In this document: positions 9,796 to 20,426 of the stretch, in pieces | Layout of the letters: every line of letters begins with the position of its first letter | Position numbering within the stretch: the first letter of the stretch is position 1 | Sequence record: NC_041911.1 | DNA length: 64,000 bases | Strand: one strand, 5' to 3' | Position numbers and translations under genes: made by a program | The notes under the pieces: model-generated | The model's input: the letters and a program-made list of their open reading frames with translations, nothing else | What the model was told of the DNA's origin: nothing | The model's database searches: none

Positions 9796-11103
9796 ATGAG
9801 AGATATGTACTCAACAAAAAGCTTTTGCGAAGTATTTGCATTTGCTTCGAATGAGCCGGGCGTAACTAGCCCGATTGGCGAACTCACTACTTTTGCCGAG
9901 ACGTTCACCAAAGAACTCGGCATCTATCACCATAGCTCGCTCGATGGCTATGACCTGATGAATTTCAGCAGCGTACAGGACGGCGTCAAGAAGTCGATGT
10001 CTCCTGTCAACGTCGATCAGGCTGTTGCACTGGTCGACCAAGTCGTCAAAGCTACGCTCAGCACGTCGGGCGAGCTGTTCTACGACGAAGTGTTGCTGGC
10101 ACTCAAGACCAAGGCAGATTCGCTGAATGCGACCTCTGTCAACATGGGTGCAATGGTTAGCGATGGCACTCACTGGGTGCCGGAGTGGATTTCGTGGGTC
10201 GATGCCAATACCGGCGCTGGCGACAATCAGCACAAGGTCTGGCTGGCGCTGGATTCGTTCAAGAACCAGTACACCGACTACGATATCGTCGTCGTGCCGC
10301 CTTTTGACAACCTGGATATCTTCTTCAATCCGGGCTCCATCGTGGAGTCCAACGTCCAGGCTATCACGCCCACTCAAATGATGGAGCGGGCGGACGCCGC
10401 AAAAGCCGGGAATCCCGAGACGGTTCTTCGCACCGATCCCTACGAATACCGTGATCCGGTGAACACTTCGCGTCGTTTCGATGTCTATTGGACTGTGCTG
10501 ATTTATGGCGCCGCCGGCAACGATCCGGACATCATTCGCGATGCGCTGGTGACCTACATCCTGGCTAACAGTACCCATGGACGTGACGAGTGGGCGACGA
10601 TTTTCCCGGACATCTTCAAGCGGACTGAATTCATCTTCGCTCCGTTCTGGCTGTCCTATGCCGCTGAACAGCGAGTCTTCGATTACGGTATCTACAGTCC
10701 GATCGTTGACAATGCCAATCCGGTAGCTTGGCTGACCAACGAAGCCTACGGTTACACCGTTGATCAGATCAAAGCTGTTTCGCAGGTGATGGGTTTCCCC
10801 TATCGCTCGATGCAGATGGCTGTGGTTGGCCACATCGAGAACCGCGATGGCAAGATGAAGATCACGGACTACTATCCGGACTTCATCAACGTCGGCACGG
10901 AATCCACCGACTTCGGTCGCATGTCTTTGCCGACTCAGCAATGGGCTTCGGTCATGATGGATCTGATTAAGACCGCCGAAGCGATGAACGATTCGACCGA
11001 TATGCCGCGCGGGATGTACCGCGTGGTTCGTGGCAACAAGACCTACGTCGGCAAGAGCTACAACCGCCTCCTGCTGCTGGTGCTGGCCAAGTATAGCAGC
11101 TAA
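9796..11103 (+). CDS. Probable virion structural protein (phiKZ gp157-like position; alternative start 9805)
   Basis: 435-aa ORF between RNase H and spike, as in phiKZ-like gene order. Confidence 0.55.
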   Translation: MRDMYSTKSFCEVFAFASNEPGVTSPIGELTTFAETFTKELGIYHHSSLDGYDLMNFSSVQDGVKKSMSPVNVDQAVALVDQVVKATLSTSGELFYDEVLLALKTKADSLNATSVNMGAMVSDGTHWVPEWISWVDANTGAGDNQHKVWLALDSFKNQYTDYDIVVVPPFDNLDIFFNPGSIVESNVQAITPTQMMERADAAKAGNPETVLRTDPYEYRDPVNTSRRFDVYWTVLIYGAAGNDPDIIRDALVTYILANSTHGRDEWATIFPDIFKRTEFIFAPFWLSYAAEQRVFDYGIYSPIVDNANPVAWLTNEAYGYTVDQIKAVSQVMGFPYRSMQMAVVGHIENRDGKMKITDYYPDFINVGTESTDFGRMSLPTQQWASVMMDLIKTAEAMNDSTDMPRGMYRVVRGNKTYVGKSYNRLLLLVLAKYSS

Positions 11104-11117
11104 TGGAGGGCTGAGTT

Positions 11118-11750
11118 ATGGCATTGATCCCACCGGTTGGTACATCCGGCATTTATAAGCTCGATGCTCCGTTCGCGGCGCAGTTGCAGCCCAACATGTC
11201 GTATCGTTGCGACGCCATTCGTCGTCTCTCGGACTTATTGGAACTGGGGATCGATCCCTTCGCTGAGTTCTACGACAAGAATGGGCTGACGAAAGAGAAG
11301 TACGACGCAGACGTGGTAAACCAAGTTTGCATGATTTCTCTGGTGTCGTCAAGCGGTCACTGGTTGTATGTACCGTCGACCTACGTACTGGCCTACCCCG
11401 ATCTCAACGGAGTGCCGTACACGGTGATGGTGCTGGGCTTGGAATTGGGTGCTATTCCCAATTACAAGGACCTGACTGGTCTGAAACAAGCTCTGGCCAA
11501 TCTGACGCGCGATACGATTGGCGTGATGCCGACTGTAAAGGAGGTGGCCGTTTCGGCTGTCTCGAAGCTTTCTCAGGCTGATGCGGATGCCTTGGAAGCT
11601 GCGCGGCAGCAGTTGATCACCAACTCCCAAACGGACCGTGCTAAGTTACTGGCAGTGCAGCAAGCATATGCTTCCCTGCAACAACAGTATGCAGCGCTCG
11701 AAGCATACGTCCAGCAACACGCACTGACCCAAGCACCAACCTCGCCATAA
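11118..11750 (+). CDS. Conserved hypothetical or virion protein with C-terminal coiled coil
   Basis: GGAGG RBS, co-transcribed with the preceding gene. Confidence 0.6.
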   Translation: MALIPPVGTSGIYKLDAPFAAQLQPNMSYRCDAIRRLSDLLELGIDPFAEFYDKNGLTKEKYDADVVNQVCMISLVSSSGHWLYVPSTYVLAYPDLNGVPYTVMVLGLELGAIPNYKDLTGLKQALANLTRDTIGVMPTVKEVAVSAVSKLSQADADALEAARQQLITNSQTDRAKLLAVQQAYASLQQQYAALEAYVQQHALTQAPTSP

Positions 11751-11760
11751 GCAACATAAA

Positions 11761-11793
11761 GCCAGGAGGGGAAACCCTCCTGGCTCTTATGCC
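11761..11793. terminator. Bidirectional terminator, identical to 15351-15383
   Basis: GCCAGGAGGG-GAAA-CCCTCCTGGC stem-loop plus TCTTATGCC. Confidence 0.85.
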
Positions 11794-11801
11794 CTTGAAG
11801 A

Positions 11802-12761
11802 TTAATCGTTGTCGGTTCCATCCAGATGACCGTGGAAGACTGGAGCAGTAACATCACCTTCGAATACGGCATCGCCCGTGGCACGAATCTTACCGTTAAG
11901 TACGATGTCGCCACCGGAACCATCCGCAGCACCGGTCGTCATACCCTGCGCAATCGCCAAGCTACCGCCAACGATAGCGTTGCTACCGGACTGGAAGATC
12001 TCGGTGGTAATCAGCTGCGGCGTCACGAAAGTAGCTTTCGCTGCTTTAGTAGCGTATTCACCTTCTACAATCAAGTTGTACTTCCCTTTCACATTGGTGG
12101 TAAAGTCACCCTCAACGTTGATTAGGAGATCTTTACCATCCAGATTAATGAAGGTGCCGTCGGCATTCTTCAAAAGCATCCGTTTAGCGCCGGAGTCCCA
12201 GTGGAAGACGTTTTCGATCGTATCGAGGAACTGGAGCAGACCGTCTTTGGTGTTGATCGAGATGTCGTAGCCGTAGGGTTCGCCATCAGCTTGCGAGGTA
12301 TGGAACCGTACCTGCTTGGTATGCGTCGAGATTTCCAAGAAGTAGGTATTATCCTCTCCAGGAGTAGCGTTCTCATCCTGCGTGCCGCTGAAGCCGAAGA
12401 TCACTGTTTCCAGCTTACGGAATTTCTCTTCGTACTCACATTCACTCCAGTAATACTTGTCCGCATCTGCAAACTTCCAGATACAGACCTTTTCGCCCCG
12501 GCGTACGTCCGGTGCAGTCTTACGATTCGAGCTGAATGGTAACCACCGCGCTGTCAGCGTAGCGGACTGGTGAACCGTAGTTTCAAATGAGGCACCGTCG
12601 GCATCGGTGCCCTTGTTGTTTGTAGAGGTAAGGTTGTCGGTCAGTTCCCCGTTTGTCATGGGAAGCTGCTCCATCGGTGTTACCTGAATCTCTTTCGACG
12701 ACAGCAGCTTGTTCGCCGCAACAATGCCGTACGAATACATGACAAGCTTGCTTGATTCCAT
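11802..12761 (-). CDS. Baseplate central spike / puncturing protein (phiKZ gp164-like)
   Basis: N-terminal ARWLPFSSNRKTAPDVRRGEKV OB-fold-like region, repetitive beta-helix (VEGDF/VKGKY/VEGEY), C-terminal FHGHLDG HxH apex; start at MESSK. Confidence 0.7.
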   Translation of the reverse strand: MESSKLVMYSYGIVAANKLLSSKEIQVTPMEQLPMTNGELTDNLTSTNNKGTDADGASFETTVHQSATLTARWLPFSSNRKTAPDVRRGEKVCIWKFADADKYYWSECEYEEKFRKLETVIFGFSGTQDENATPGEDNTYFLEISTHTKQVRFHTSQADGEPYGYDISINTKDGLLQFLDTIENVFHWDSGAKRMLLKNADGTFINLDGKDLLINVEGDFTTNVKGKYNLIVEGEYATKAAKATFVTPQLITTEIFQSGSNAIVGGSLAIAQGMTTGAADGSGGDIVLNGKIRATGDAVFEGDVTAPVFHGHLDGTDND

Positions 12762-12854
12762 TGCGTATCCAGAAGAAGGCCAGAGAGTAGGATTTAACAC
12801 TTTCTGGCAATTTATTGTTGGTAGTATGCACCAAAAACTCAAAGAATTGATCCA

Positions 12855-15347
12855 ATGAAAATCCTCGAACTCGAACTCGATCTCTACAAGAGGTTGACGA
12901 AGGTGGCGCACATCCGTCACTTCAAGCTGACATTGAAAGAAATCGTGCAGTTGATCTTGGGGACAAATGGTTCGGGCAAAAGCTCTATTCTCTACGAACT
13001 GTCGCCTCTCCCAGCTAACCACAAGGCTTACCATAAAGGTGGTAAGAAGCGTGTCCTGATTGCTCATCAGAACAAGATGTACGAACTCATCTCTGATTTT
13101 GCAAACGGGCAAGACCACTACTTTTATGTTGATGGTGAAAACCTGAACACAGGTCGCACCGTCACCATTCAAAAGGAACTGGTCAAAGAGCACTTCGGTA
13201 TCACGTTTGAGACTCATGAGCTGCTGCTGGGTTACGAGCAGTTCTCCAAGATGTCTCCGGCACGTCGTCGTGAACTCTTTACGATGCTGTGTGTGGTGGA
13301 TTACACCTATGCCATCAAGCTGTACCAGAAAATCCAAGTTGCGATGCGCGACGATGTCGGTACGCTGAAGAACCTCAAGAAGCGCCTGGTCACGGAAACA
13401 GCGAATGCGCTGAAAGACGAAGAGATCACTGGTCTGCGTGTGCGCCTAGCTGAGCTGAATCGCGAATCGCAAGCAATGTACATGCTGCGTAACGCTAATG
13501 CTCAGACCACCTTCGATGCGCGCACGGTAGCTGAAGCCGCCAAGAAGACTATCGATGACCTGTTGCAGAAGTTTCGCTCGGTGCGCTCGATTCTGCGCGA
13601 TAAGTGTTGGATCACGCCAGACGAATATCAGGAAGACATCGACAGTCTGCGCGCTGAACTGCATGGTATCGAAGGTGTCTATGCTCGTGCGTCGGAAGAG
13701 TTCATCAAGGCTTCTTCCGAGGTTGAGCAGGTTTCTGGGCTCGAAGCAGAAGATGTCACCAAGCTGCAAGACGAAATCATCGCTTCGAACAAAAAAGCAC
13801 AGAGCTTGCTGGAGACGCGTAAACGGCCTCTGGAGGGCTTTAAGCCTTTGGCAGCCTCGCAGTCTATGGAACTGGTCTACGAGTCGTTATACAGCGTTCT
13901 AACCGAGCTGCCGGCCGATCCTGAGGGACAAATGTCGTCCCAAGCATTGAGCGAGGTGTCAGAGCGCTTGCGCTTGGTCGAAATGTCGATCAGTGCCAAC
14001 CGCGAGAAGCTGTCTGGTCTCGAACATCGGGAAAAACATCTGGTCGATCTGGCGAGTTCGGAGGACATCAATTGTCCAAAGTGCGAACACTCATTCAAGA
14101 TGGGTTACTCGGTTGGGGAGCACGAATCGATCAAGACGCGTATCGCGGCAGGGCGCAATCACATCGAAGCACTAGGCAAAGAAGCTGCTGCTTTGAAGGA
14201 ACAGCAAGAGCGGCTTAGCAACTACGCCAGTCTTTATAAGGAATACGTGCGCATCACTCGTAACTCGCCAGAACTGCAACCGTTGTGGGATCTGATCGTC
14301 GAGGAAGACGCTCTGCGTCGTTCGCCTCAGCATGCTCTGACGCTGATCGAACTGGTACGCAGCGATCTGCGTATCGAGATGCAGGTAAATGCGATCTATG
14401 AAAAGATTGCGACCGACGATCACCGACTGAAACTCGCACAGTACGCTCAGTCCGAAGCCATCAAGACCAAGAAGCAACGTTTGGAACAGTTGGAACAGGA
14501 AATCGGTCGTCTGTCGAAGCAGAAGGTCTGGGTACAGGGTCGTCTAAGCGATCTGGTTCGCACTCAGCAGCAGATCAAGCACATGTACGAGGTCGGCGAC
14601 CGGATGGCAAAGGCCAAGGAAGAGTTCACCAAAGCTTCCTACGCAATTATCGATGCTGTCAAGAATGAGATCATCGATGAAGCGCTAGCTGAGACTCATC
14701 GCGAGATTGCTACGCTGTCGACGCGTATCCACTCGATCGACCAACACGAGACACTGATCAATGATCTGAAACAGCAGATCCAAAATCACGAGAAATCAGA
14801 AAAGGCTTACAAGGCCTTGGCTGACGCTCTGTCTCCGACTGATGGTCTGATCGCTGAAGGGATGCTGGGCTTCATTCGCAACTACGTGGCGCGGATGAAC
14901 GCACTAATCGCTAAGGTGTGGACGTACAAAATGGAAGTGCATGACTGCTCGACCGAGGACGATTCCGCGGAACTGAACTACAAGTTCCCAGTGACAATCG
15001 GTAACGATCCAGAACCAGTGCCTGATGTTGCTGATAGCTCATCTGGTCAAGAGGAAATGCTGAACCTAGCATTCCGCGTCGTGGCCGCGCAGTGTCTCGG
15101 TCTGGATAAAGGTCCGCTGCCATTGGATGAGTTTGGTAAGACCTTCGATGAAAGCCATCGCGAAGCTGCGACCAACGTCGTGCGTCAGCTGATTGAACAA
15201 CTGAGCTTCTCGCAGTTGTTTATGATCTCGCACTACGAATCGAGCTACGGAGCATTCTACAATGCTCAGATGTCAGTCATCGATAAGCGCAATATCACTG
15301 TACCAGTTAACCGCCGGTATAACGAGTTCACTGAACTAGCAGCATAA
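12855..15347 (+). CDS. sbcC: SbcC/Rad50-like SMC ATPase (phiKZ gp165-like)
   Basis: GTNGSGKS Walker A, long coiled coils, CPKC zinc hook, SSGQ signature, LDEFGKTFD Walker B. Confidence 0.92.
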   Translation: MKILELELDLYKRLTKVAHIRHFKLTLKEIVQLILGTNGSGKSSILYELSPLPANHKAYHKGGKKRVLIAHQNKMYELISDFANGQDHYFYVDGENLNTGRTVTIQKELVKEHFGITFETHELLLGYEQFSKMSPARRRELFTMLCVVDYTYAIKLYQKIQVAMRDDVGTLKNLKKRLVTETANALKDEEITGLRVRLAELNRESQAMYMLRNANAQTTFDARTVAEAAKKTIDDLLQKFRSVRSILRDKCWITPDEYQEDIDSLRAELHGIEGVYARASEEFIKASSEVEQVSGLEAEDVTKLQDEIIASNKKAQSLLETRKRPLEGFKPLAASQSMELVYESLYSVLTELPADPEGQMSSQALSEVSERLRLVEMSISANREKLSGLEHREKHLVDLASSEDINCPKCEHSFKMGYSVGEHESIKTRIAAGRNHIEALGKEAAALKEQQERLSNYASLYKEYVRITRNSPELQPLWDLIVEEDALRRSPQHALTLIELVRSDLRIEMQVNAIYEKIATDDHRLKLAQYAQSEAIKTKKQRLEQLEQEIGRLSKQKVWVQGRLSDLVRTQQQIKHMYEVGDRMAKAKEEFTKASYAIIDAVKNEIIDEALAETHREIATLSTRIHSIDQHETLINDLKQQIQNHEKSEKAYKALADALSPTDGLIAEGMLGFIRNYVARMNALIAKVWTYKMEVHDCSTEDDSAELNYKFPVTIGNDPEPVPDVADSSSGQEEMLNLAFRVVAAQCLGLDKGPLPLDEFGKTFDESHREAATNVVRQLIEQLSFSQLFMISHYESSYGAFYNAQMSVIDKRNITVPVNRRYNEFTELAA

Positions 15348-15350
15348 AAG

Positions 15351-15383
15351 GCCAGGAGGGGAAACCCTCCTGGCTCTTATGCC
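15351..15383. terminator. Bidirectional terminator, identical to 11761-11793
   Basis: Same 33-nt sequence, between convergent genes. Confidence 0.85.
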
Positions 15384-15388
15384 GTTAT

Positions 15389-15943
15389 TTAGACAGCAGG
15401 TGCTGCGTACTCATTGAAACCATTGATGTCAGGATTGCCAATCAATGGCCCGCCTTCCAACCATTCGGTGTTTGGCTTGAAGGTTGTTCCGTTGATCCAG
15501 AGCAGGGACTCCGGATGGGCTTGCAGCCTGAGACCCTTGTAGACATCGTCCAGCGTCAGGTACTCGTAGTCGATTATGTCATCTGCCGCAATCGGATATG
15601 GCAAGATTCTATTAATCTGCTCCAGAACGTCCGAGATCTTGAACGGCAGGTGCGTTGGCGAGACGTGGTGCAGATCACTGTTGCTGACGTGGTTGAGAAT
15701 GCATCGACGGCGATACAGGAAGCCTGAGCCTTTTACCCAGTAACGATCGTCATATTGCTGATCAACCTGACAAGGGATAAACGTATTGGGGTCGGTATCA
15801 AGATCCTTTCGTGGGTCGACCTCTTGCGGTTTTCCGAACTTGACCTTCTCCAGCGGGATAACTTGCCCTGTCGCCTCAAAGATCAAATACAGTAAAACTT
15901 GTTCACGACTCTTACCGACGTCGTGAGCGTCGATAACTACCAT
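15389..15943 (-). CDS. Hypothetical protein, possibly virion-associated
   Basis: 184-aa ORF with AGGAG RBS. Confidence 0.6.
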   Translation of the reverse strand: MVVIDAHDVGKSREQVLLYLIFEATGQVIPLEKVKFGKPQEVDPRKDLDTDPNTFIPCQVDQQYDDRYWVKGSGFLYRRRCILNHVSNSDLHHVSPTHLPFKISDVLEQINRILPYPIAADDIIDYEYLTLDDVYKGLRLQAHPESLLWINGTTFKPNTEWLEGGPLIGNPDINGFNEYAAPAV

Positions 15944-15963
15944 TTATTTCTCCTGAGCGGGCG

Positions 15964-17220
15964 TTAGGTGTTGGGAGTGATCACAACCTTTTCGGACTGC
16001 ACATCCAGGAAGTGGGCGTAGCTGTACGATTCTCGGTTATACGGGATGCGGTTGTCGGCAGGCATCGTAGCCTGACTTGCCGGTGTAGTGTGGAATAGCC
16101 GGTGATGGTAGATGTTGTCACCTACAGTCACCGAAAAGACGCCATCGTCTTCCTGTACCCAGTACGGCCACAGCAGACCGAAACCACCGACGAGCGGTAG
16201 AGACGGTTCGTCAAAAGCCAGATACTGTTTGGCAATTTGGGTAGGCGCCAGTTGTTGACGCTCAACGACCACTTTGGGGCTATCGATGAGAACCAAGAAA
16301 CTTTGAGACATTGTCAACCAGTTGGTCAACACGGCATCACTGTAGAGCTGATCGCGAGAGATCTGAGCATCGTGAGCACCGTTGTACTCCAATCCCAGAT
16401 TCGACATGTCGATCAGTGCGCGGGATTCGTAGAAACGATCCAACAGTGGCACGGACTGAGTGTCCAGACAGAAAATGTCATCCGCAGTGCGGAAGAAGCT
16501 CAAGCCATCCAGCAAGAACAGATAACCACCCATCACCAACGCCACAGTCTTACCCTGAGCCTCAACTGGACTCTTGATAAAGATCTGATTAGCGAACGGC
16601 TGATCGGAATGAGCGCGGAACAGCATATCGGCAGTAATCGTCACACAGGTCAACTCGCCAATGTCTTGGAAGTTGATGATGCCGACTTCATTACGACGGC
16701 TGAGATAATTGCTCTTACCAGCATCGATTACGTAGATGTACTGGCTGTCAGCATCGACACGGTGGATCAGACCGTTGATCGAGACCAAGCAATTCTTATG
16801 GAAAACCCGGGCATCAACACCGGGCTTCGACATGATGAGACAATCTGCCTCATCAGGCTGGGGAATCGTAGTCGGACTTTGCAGATAACGACCGCGCTCC
16901 AGCTGATAACCTGCCCAGTAGGCGTCAGCATACTTGATGCTGCCTTTAGCGATCGAGGCAATGCCGTTAGTCGACGGCAGCGTGTTATTGCCTTGTGCGG
17001 CAAAGAACTGTGCCAGTGTCTGGTCGCGCTGTACGTAGCCGCTGGTGATCTCACCAAAGCGCATCGTACGATCGCTAGTCCAGAATGGATTGCTGACGCG
17101 CAGGTAAACATCCGAATACGCGCTGTCGATTTGAGACAGCGTCAAAGTGCTCAGATCCACCTCAGCCCAAGCTGTCCCGGCGGCCATGAGTTGTGCAATT
17201 GCAGAGACCAGTTGATACAT
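15964..17220 (-). CDS. Probable virion or baseplate protein
   Basis: 418-aa ORF (start MYQLVS) divergent from the tail-fibre genes; aromatic, beta-rich composition. Confidence 0.55.
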   Translation of the reverse strand: MYQLVSAIAQLMAAGTAWAEVDLSTLTLSQIDSAYSDVYLRVSNPFWTSDRTMRFGEITSGYVQRDQTLAQFFAAQGNNTLPSTNGIASIAKGSIKYADAYWAGYQLERGRYLQSPTTIPQPDEADCLIMSKPGVDARVFHKNCLVSINGLIHRVDADSQYIYVIDAGKSNYLSRRNEVGIINFQDIGELTCVTITADMLFRAHSDQPFANQIFIKSPVEAQGKTVALVMGGYLFLLDGLSFFRTADDIFCLDTQSVPLLDRFYESRALIDMSNLGLEYNGAHDAQISRDQLYSDAVLTNWLTMSQSFLVLIDSPKVVVERQQLAPTQIAKQYLAFDEPSLPLVGGFGLLWPYWVQEDDGVFSVTVGDNIYHHRLFHTTPASQATMPADNRIPYNRESYSYAHFLDVQSEKVVITPNT

Positions 17221-17416
17221 GAGAAAACTCCGTAAGAGTGCGTTTTTCCGCTTTTTATGCGGTTTAAAATGGCTCAAATAATGTGATCTACTATTAGGCT
17301 AAGTAGTATTTTTATACGACCAATGCCCTCCGTTCCCACGGCGGAAGGAGGCGGTGGTCCGCGTGGACGTCTTGGCCGACAAGTATTCCGAGACATCATC
17401 AAAGGACGATTGTTCA

Positions 17417-19021
17417 ATGGCTACCGCTTACCAGTATCCGTTCGATCCCAGCGGCACTTCGTCTGCCAACCGGATCTTGAACGAGCAGCATGTCATCACC
17501 GCTGCAAACTTTCGGGATTACCACTACGTAATCCCGAACTTTGCCCCTTTCTTTGAGGGCGACTTCGACATCAAAATGCAGTTTCCTGATGGCTCGATTC
17601 GTCCTCTGACGCAAGGCGTCGACTTCTACTTCTCGAACCAGTTCTTGGACGCTTCGCGTGCCTGTGCGAAGCCTGTCTATGGTTCGATCTCGTTCCTTGA
17701 CACCGATACCGCCGGTATCCTGTCGATCAACTACAACACTGTTGGTGGCGAGTGGAACATCTCGCCGACAGAAATCTCGCGTATCTTGGCCGAAGAGCTG
17801 CGCAACCCCCGTATTACGACCTGGGAACAAATCACGTATTTACCGGAACGTTTCCCGGTAGTCGATCACGCGTGGGATCTGATCGACATGGTGGGTATGT
17901 CTCCGGTTGTGGCTGCCATCGAAGCACTGCGCGACGCGGTTGTGACGAAGAACGGTGGTAACTTCACCGATCACATCAACAACTACTCGAACCCGCACAA
18001 CACCACGGCGGCGCAAGTAGGGTTGGGCAATCTGTTCAACTATCCGATTGCTACGACGGCTGATGCCCAGGCTGGCACGAGTAACTCGTTCTACATGACA
18101 CCCGCGCGTGTCAAGGACGAAATCATGGCATTCGCTACGCCGCTGTCGCACTTGACGGATTACACCAATCCGCACCAAGTGACAAAGACCCAGGTGGGGC
18201 TGAGCAATGTGGCGAACTTCGCAGTTTCGACCACGGCAGAAGCTCAAGCAGGTGCTGTTGATACGTCTTACATGACGCCGCTGAAGACAGCACAAGCCAT
18301 CACGCAGCAGGCCGGTTCAGCGCTCGCAGCTCATGTTGCGAACCAGCAGAACCCGCACAACGTGACGAAAGATCAGGTTGGCTTGTTCAACGTCCAGAAC
18401 TATCCGATCGCTACGCAACAGCAAGCGATGGCTGGTACGGACAACGCCTCGTACATGACGCCGCTGCGCACAGCACAGCTGGTAGCTCAGATCTCTTCAG
18501 TGGCGCTACAGAACCACTTGAATGACTTTACCAACCCTCACCAAGTGACGGCCGGTCAGGTGGGTCTTGGTAATGTGCAGAACTACGGTATCGCTACTCA
18601 GGCTGATGCACAAGCCGGCGTGAGCAATACGCTGTACATGACGCCGGGTCGTGTCGCTGATGCCATCAATGCACTGGCTACGCCGCATGCTCACTTGCTG
18701 GATATGAACAATCCGCACCAAGTGACCGCGGCTCAAGTCGGCGCATACACGACTACTCAGACGGATACGCTGTTGGGTGGTTACGTGCGGCTGACCGATC
18801 AGTGGGTAGCGGGTGAAACCAAAGCTGCCTTCATTGCAGAAGTGCTGCAGGGTACGGCGAACAATGCTTCGATGGTTTACGGTTTCACGGAAGCCCAACT
18901 GGCCGCCGATCTCGAAACCAATTACTTCGATAACGCTTACGCCACCATTGCTGCATTCAATGCATTGGCCCAGCGCGTGACCGACATCGAAACGGCCCTC
19001 AACAGCATCACCGTTGTGTAA
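17417..19021 (+). CDS. Tail fibre / baseplate-attached fibre protein with about 4.5 NPHxVTxxQVGL repeats
   Basis: N-terminal YQYPFDPSG..NRI..E.H domain as in phiKZ-like fibres; tandem ~60-aa repeats NPH.VT..QVGL.NV.NY.IAT...AQAG...YMTP. Confidence 0.8.
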   Translation: MATAYQYPFDPSGTSSANRILNEQHVITAANFRDYHYVIPNFAPFFEGDFDIKMQFPDGSIRPLTQGVDFYFSNQFLDASRACAKPVYGSISFLDTDTAGILSINYNTVGGEWNISPTEISRILAEELRNPRITTWEQITYLPERFPVVDHAWDLIDMVGMSPVVAAIEALRDAVVTKNGGNFTDHINNYSNPHNTTAAQVGLGNLFNYPIATTADAQAGTSNSFYMTPARVKDEIMAFATPLSHLTDYTNPHQVTKTQVGLSNVANFAVSTTAEAQAGAVDTSYMTPLKTAQAITQQAGSALAAHVANQQNPHNVTKDQVGLFNVQNYPIATQQQAMAGTDNASYMTPLRTAQLVAQISSVALQNHLNDFTNPHQVTAGQVGLGNVQNYGIATQADAQAGVSNTLYMTPGRVADAINALATPHAHLLDMNNPHQVTAAQVGAYTTTQTDTLLGGYVRLTDQWVAGETKAAFIAEVLQGTANNASMVYGFTEAQLAADLETNYFDNAYATIAAFNALAQRVTDIETALNSITVV

Positions 19022-19073
19022 CCAACCCATTTAAGGGCGAGGCGGGAGACCGCCTCGTTTGAGCGAACAAGTC

Positions 19074-20351
19074 ATGACTATTCCGATCTATCGCTATCCC
19101 TTGGATGGCACCGGCACCAGCCCGGATAACCTGGTGGTTGGAGAAGAACACCAGCTCTCCAACCGAGCAATTCGTTGCGTAGCGCCGACCTACGGTGGCT
19201 TCTACGCTGAATCCGCAGTGGTGACGGACTTCAACACTGGCGTACCGCTGGTGCGCGGTGTTGACTACTACTTTGGTGAGCTGTTCGAGTTCCCCACTGG
19301 TCGTTACGGTAAGGAAATCTTCGGCCTGATCGTTATCACCAAGCCGAACGTTGCTGCCGTTTCGATCAATTACCAAGCACTGGGTGGTGATTACTCCTAT
19401 TCCATGGACGCAATCATCGCCATGATCGACAACCTGAATCTGGACACGCGTCCGGTGGAATGGGGTGCGATCATTGGTCGTCCGGCGCTGTTCGATCCGG
19501 CAACGCACTGGCACGATGCTGGTGACATCTACGGCTTCGAATACGTAGTGAGCGCGCTGATCGATCTGCGCAACGCCATCCTGACGGGTGACGTGGCCAG
19601 CCACGATGAGATCTATCGCTACATCGATCGCTGGGCAGCTCAGCAGAGCGCGGCCATCCAAGCAGTTTCCGATGCACTGCACACGCACATCGTCGACTAC
19701 ACCAATCCGCACCAAACCACGAAGGCACAGGTAGGGTTGGGACTGGTGTCGAACTTTGCGACAGCGCTGCAAGCTGACATGAATACTGGTACGGCGAACA
19801 ACCTGTTCGTGACGCCAGATATCGTTGCCGCGTACGTGACTCAGCAGGCAGTGAATCCGCTGCTTGCTCACATTGCCGACAAGGGTAACCCGCACCAGAC
19901 TACCGCAGCACAAGTGGGACTGGGTAATGTCCAGAACTATGGTGTTGCTTCCCAGCCGGACATGAATGCCGGTACGCGTGACGACGTCTATCTGACGCCG
20001 CTGAAGGTCGCGACCTATGTGACAAACGTCGCGGTTAACCCGATGAATGCGCACATTGCCAATACCAACAATCCGCATGCCGTGACACAGGCACAAGTTG
20101 GGTTGGGTAGTGTTGCGAACTATCCGGTCGCTACTCAGGCTGAAGCGCAAGCTGGAACGGCTAACAACCGCTACATGACTCCCTGGCTCGTAAACCAAGA
20201 AGTCATGCAGATGCTCAACAACGGTGCATTCGACGGTCGCTATATGCGGTATGGCACCGCCACTGATGGTTCGACCTGGGTTAGCGCTGGTATCGCCTAC
20301 GTGTTCGTATCGGGAGCATGGCGACAGTTCTGGCCGCCTGTGTGGCAGTAA
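19074..20351 (+). CDS. Tail fibre protein, paralogous to the preceding gene, with 3 NPH-QVGL repeats
   Basis: YRYPLDGTG..NLV..EEH N-terminus; three repeats; C-terminal YVFVSGAWRQFWP. Confidence 0.8.
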   Translation: MTIPIYRYPLDGTGTSPDNLVVGEEHQLSNRAIRCVAPTYGGFYAESAVVTDFNTGVPLVRGVDYYFGELFEFPTGRYGKEIFGLIVITKPNVAAVSINYQALGGDYSYSMDAIIAMIDNLNLDTRPVEWGAIIGRPALFDPATHWHDAGDIYGFEYVVSALIDLRNAILTGDVASHDEIYRYIDRWAAQQSAAIQAVSDALHTHIVDYTNPHQTTKAQVGLGLVSNFATALQADMNTGTANNLFVTPDIVAAYVTQQAVNPLLAHIADKGNPHQTTAAQVGLGNVQNYGVASQPDMNAGTRDDVYLTPLKVATYVTNVAVNPMNAHIANTNNPHAVTQAQVGLGSVANYPVATQAEAQAGTANNRYMTPWLVNQEVMQMLNNGAFDGRYMRYGTATDGSTWVSAGIAYVFVSGAWRQFWPPVWQ

Positions 20352-20359
20352 GAGATGTG

Positions 20360-20392
20360 AAAACCACTCCGCCCAAAAGGTGGAGTGGTTTT
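20360..20392 (+). terminator. Terminator after the fibre genes
   Basis: AAAACCACTCCGCC/GGTGGAGTGGTTTT stem followed by TATG. Confidence 0.75.
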
Positions 20393-20426
20393 TATGTCTG
20401 GTGTTATTTGCTAAAAGGAATTTATC

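Noticed and set aside
12762-13337. 192-aa N-terminal extension of the spike ORF
   Set aside because: Overlaps sbcC on the opposite strand; the recognisable spike sequence begins at MESSK (12761).
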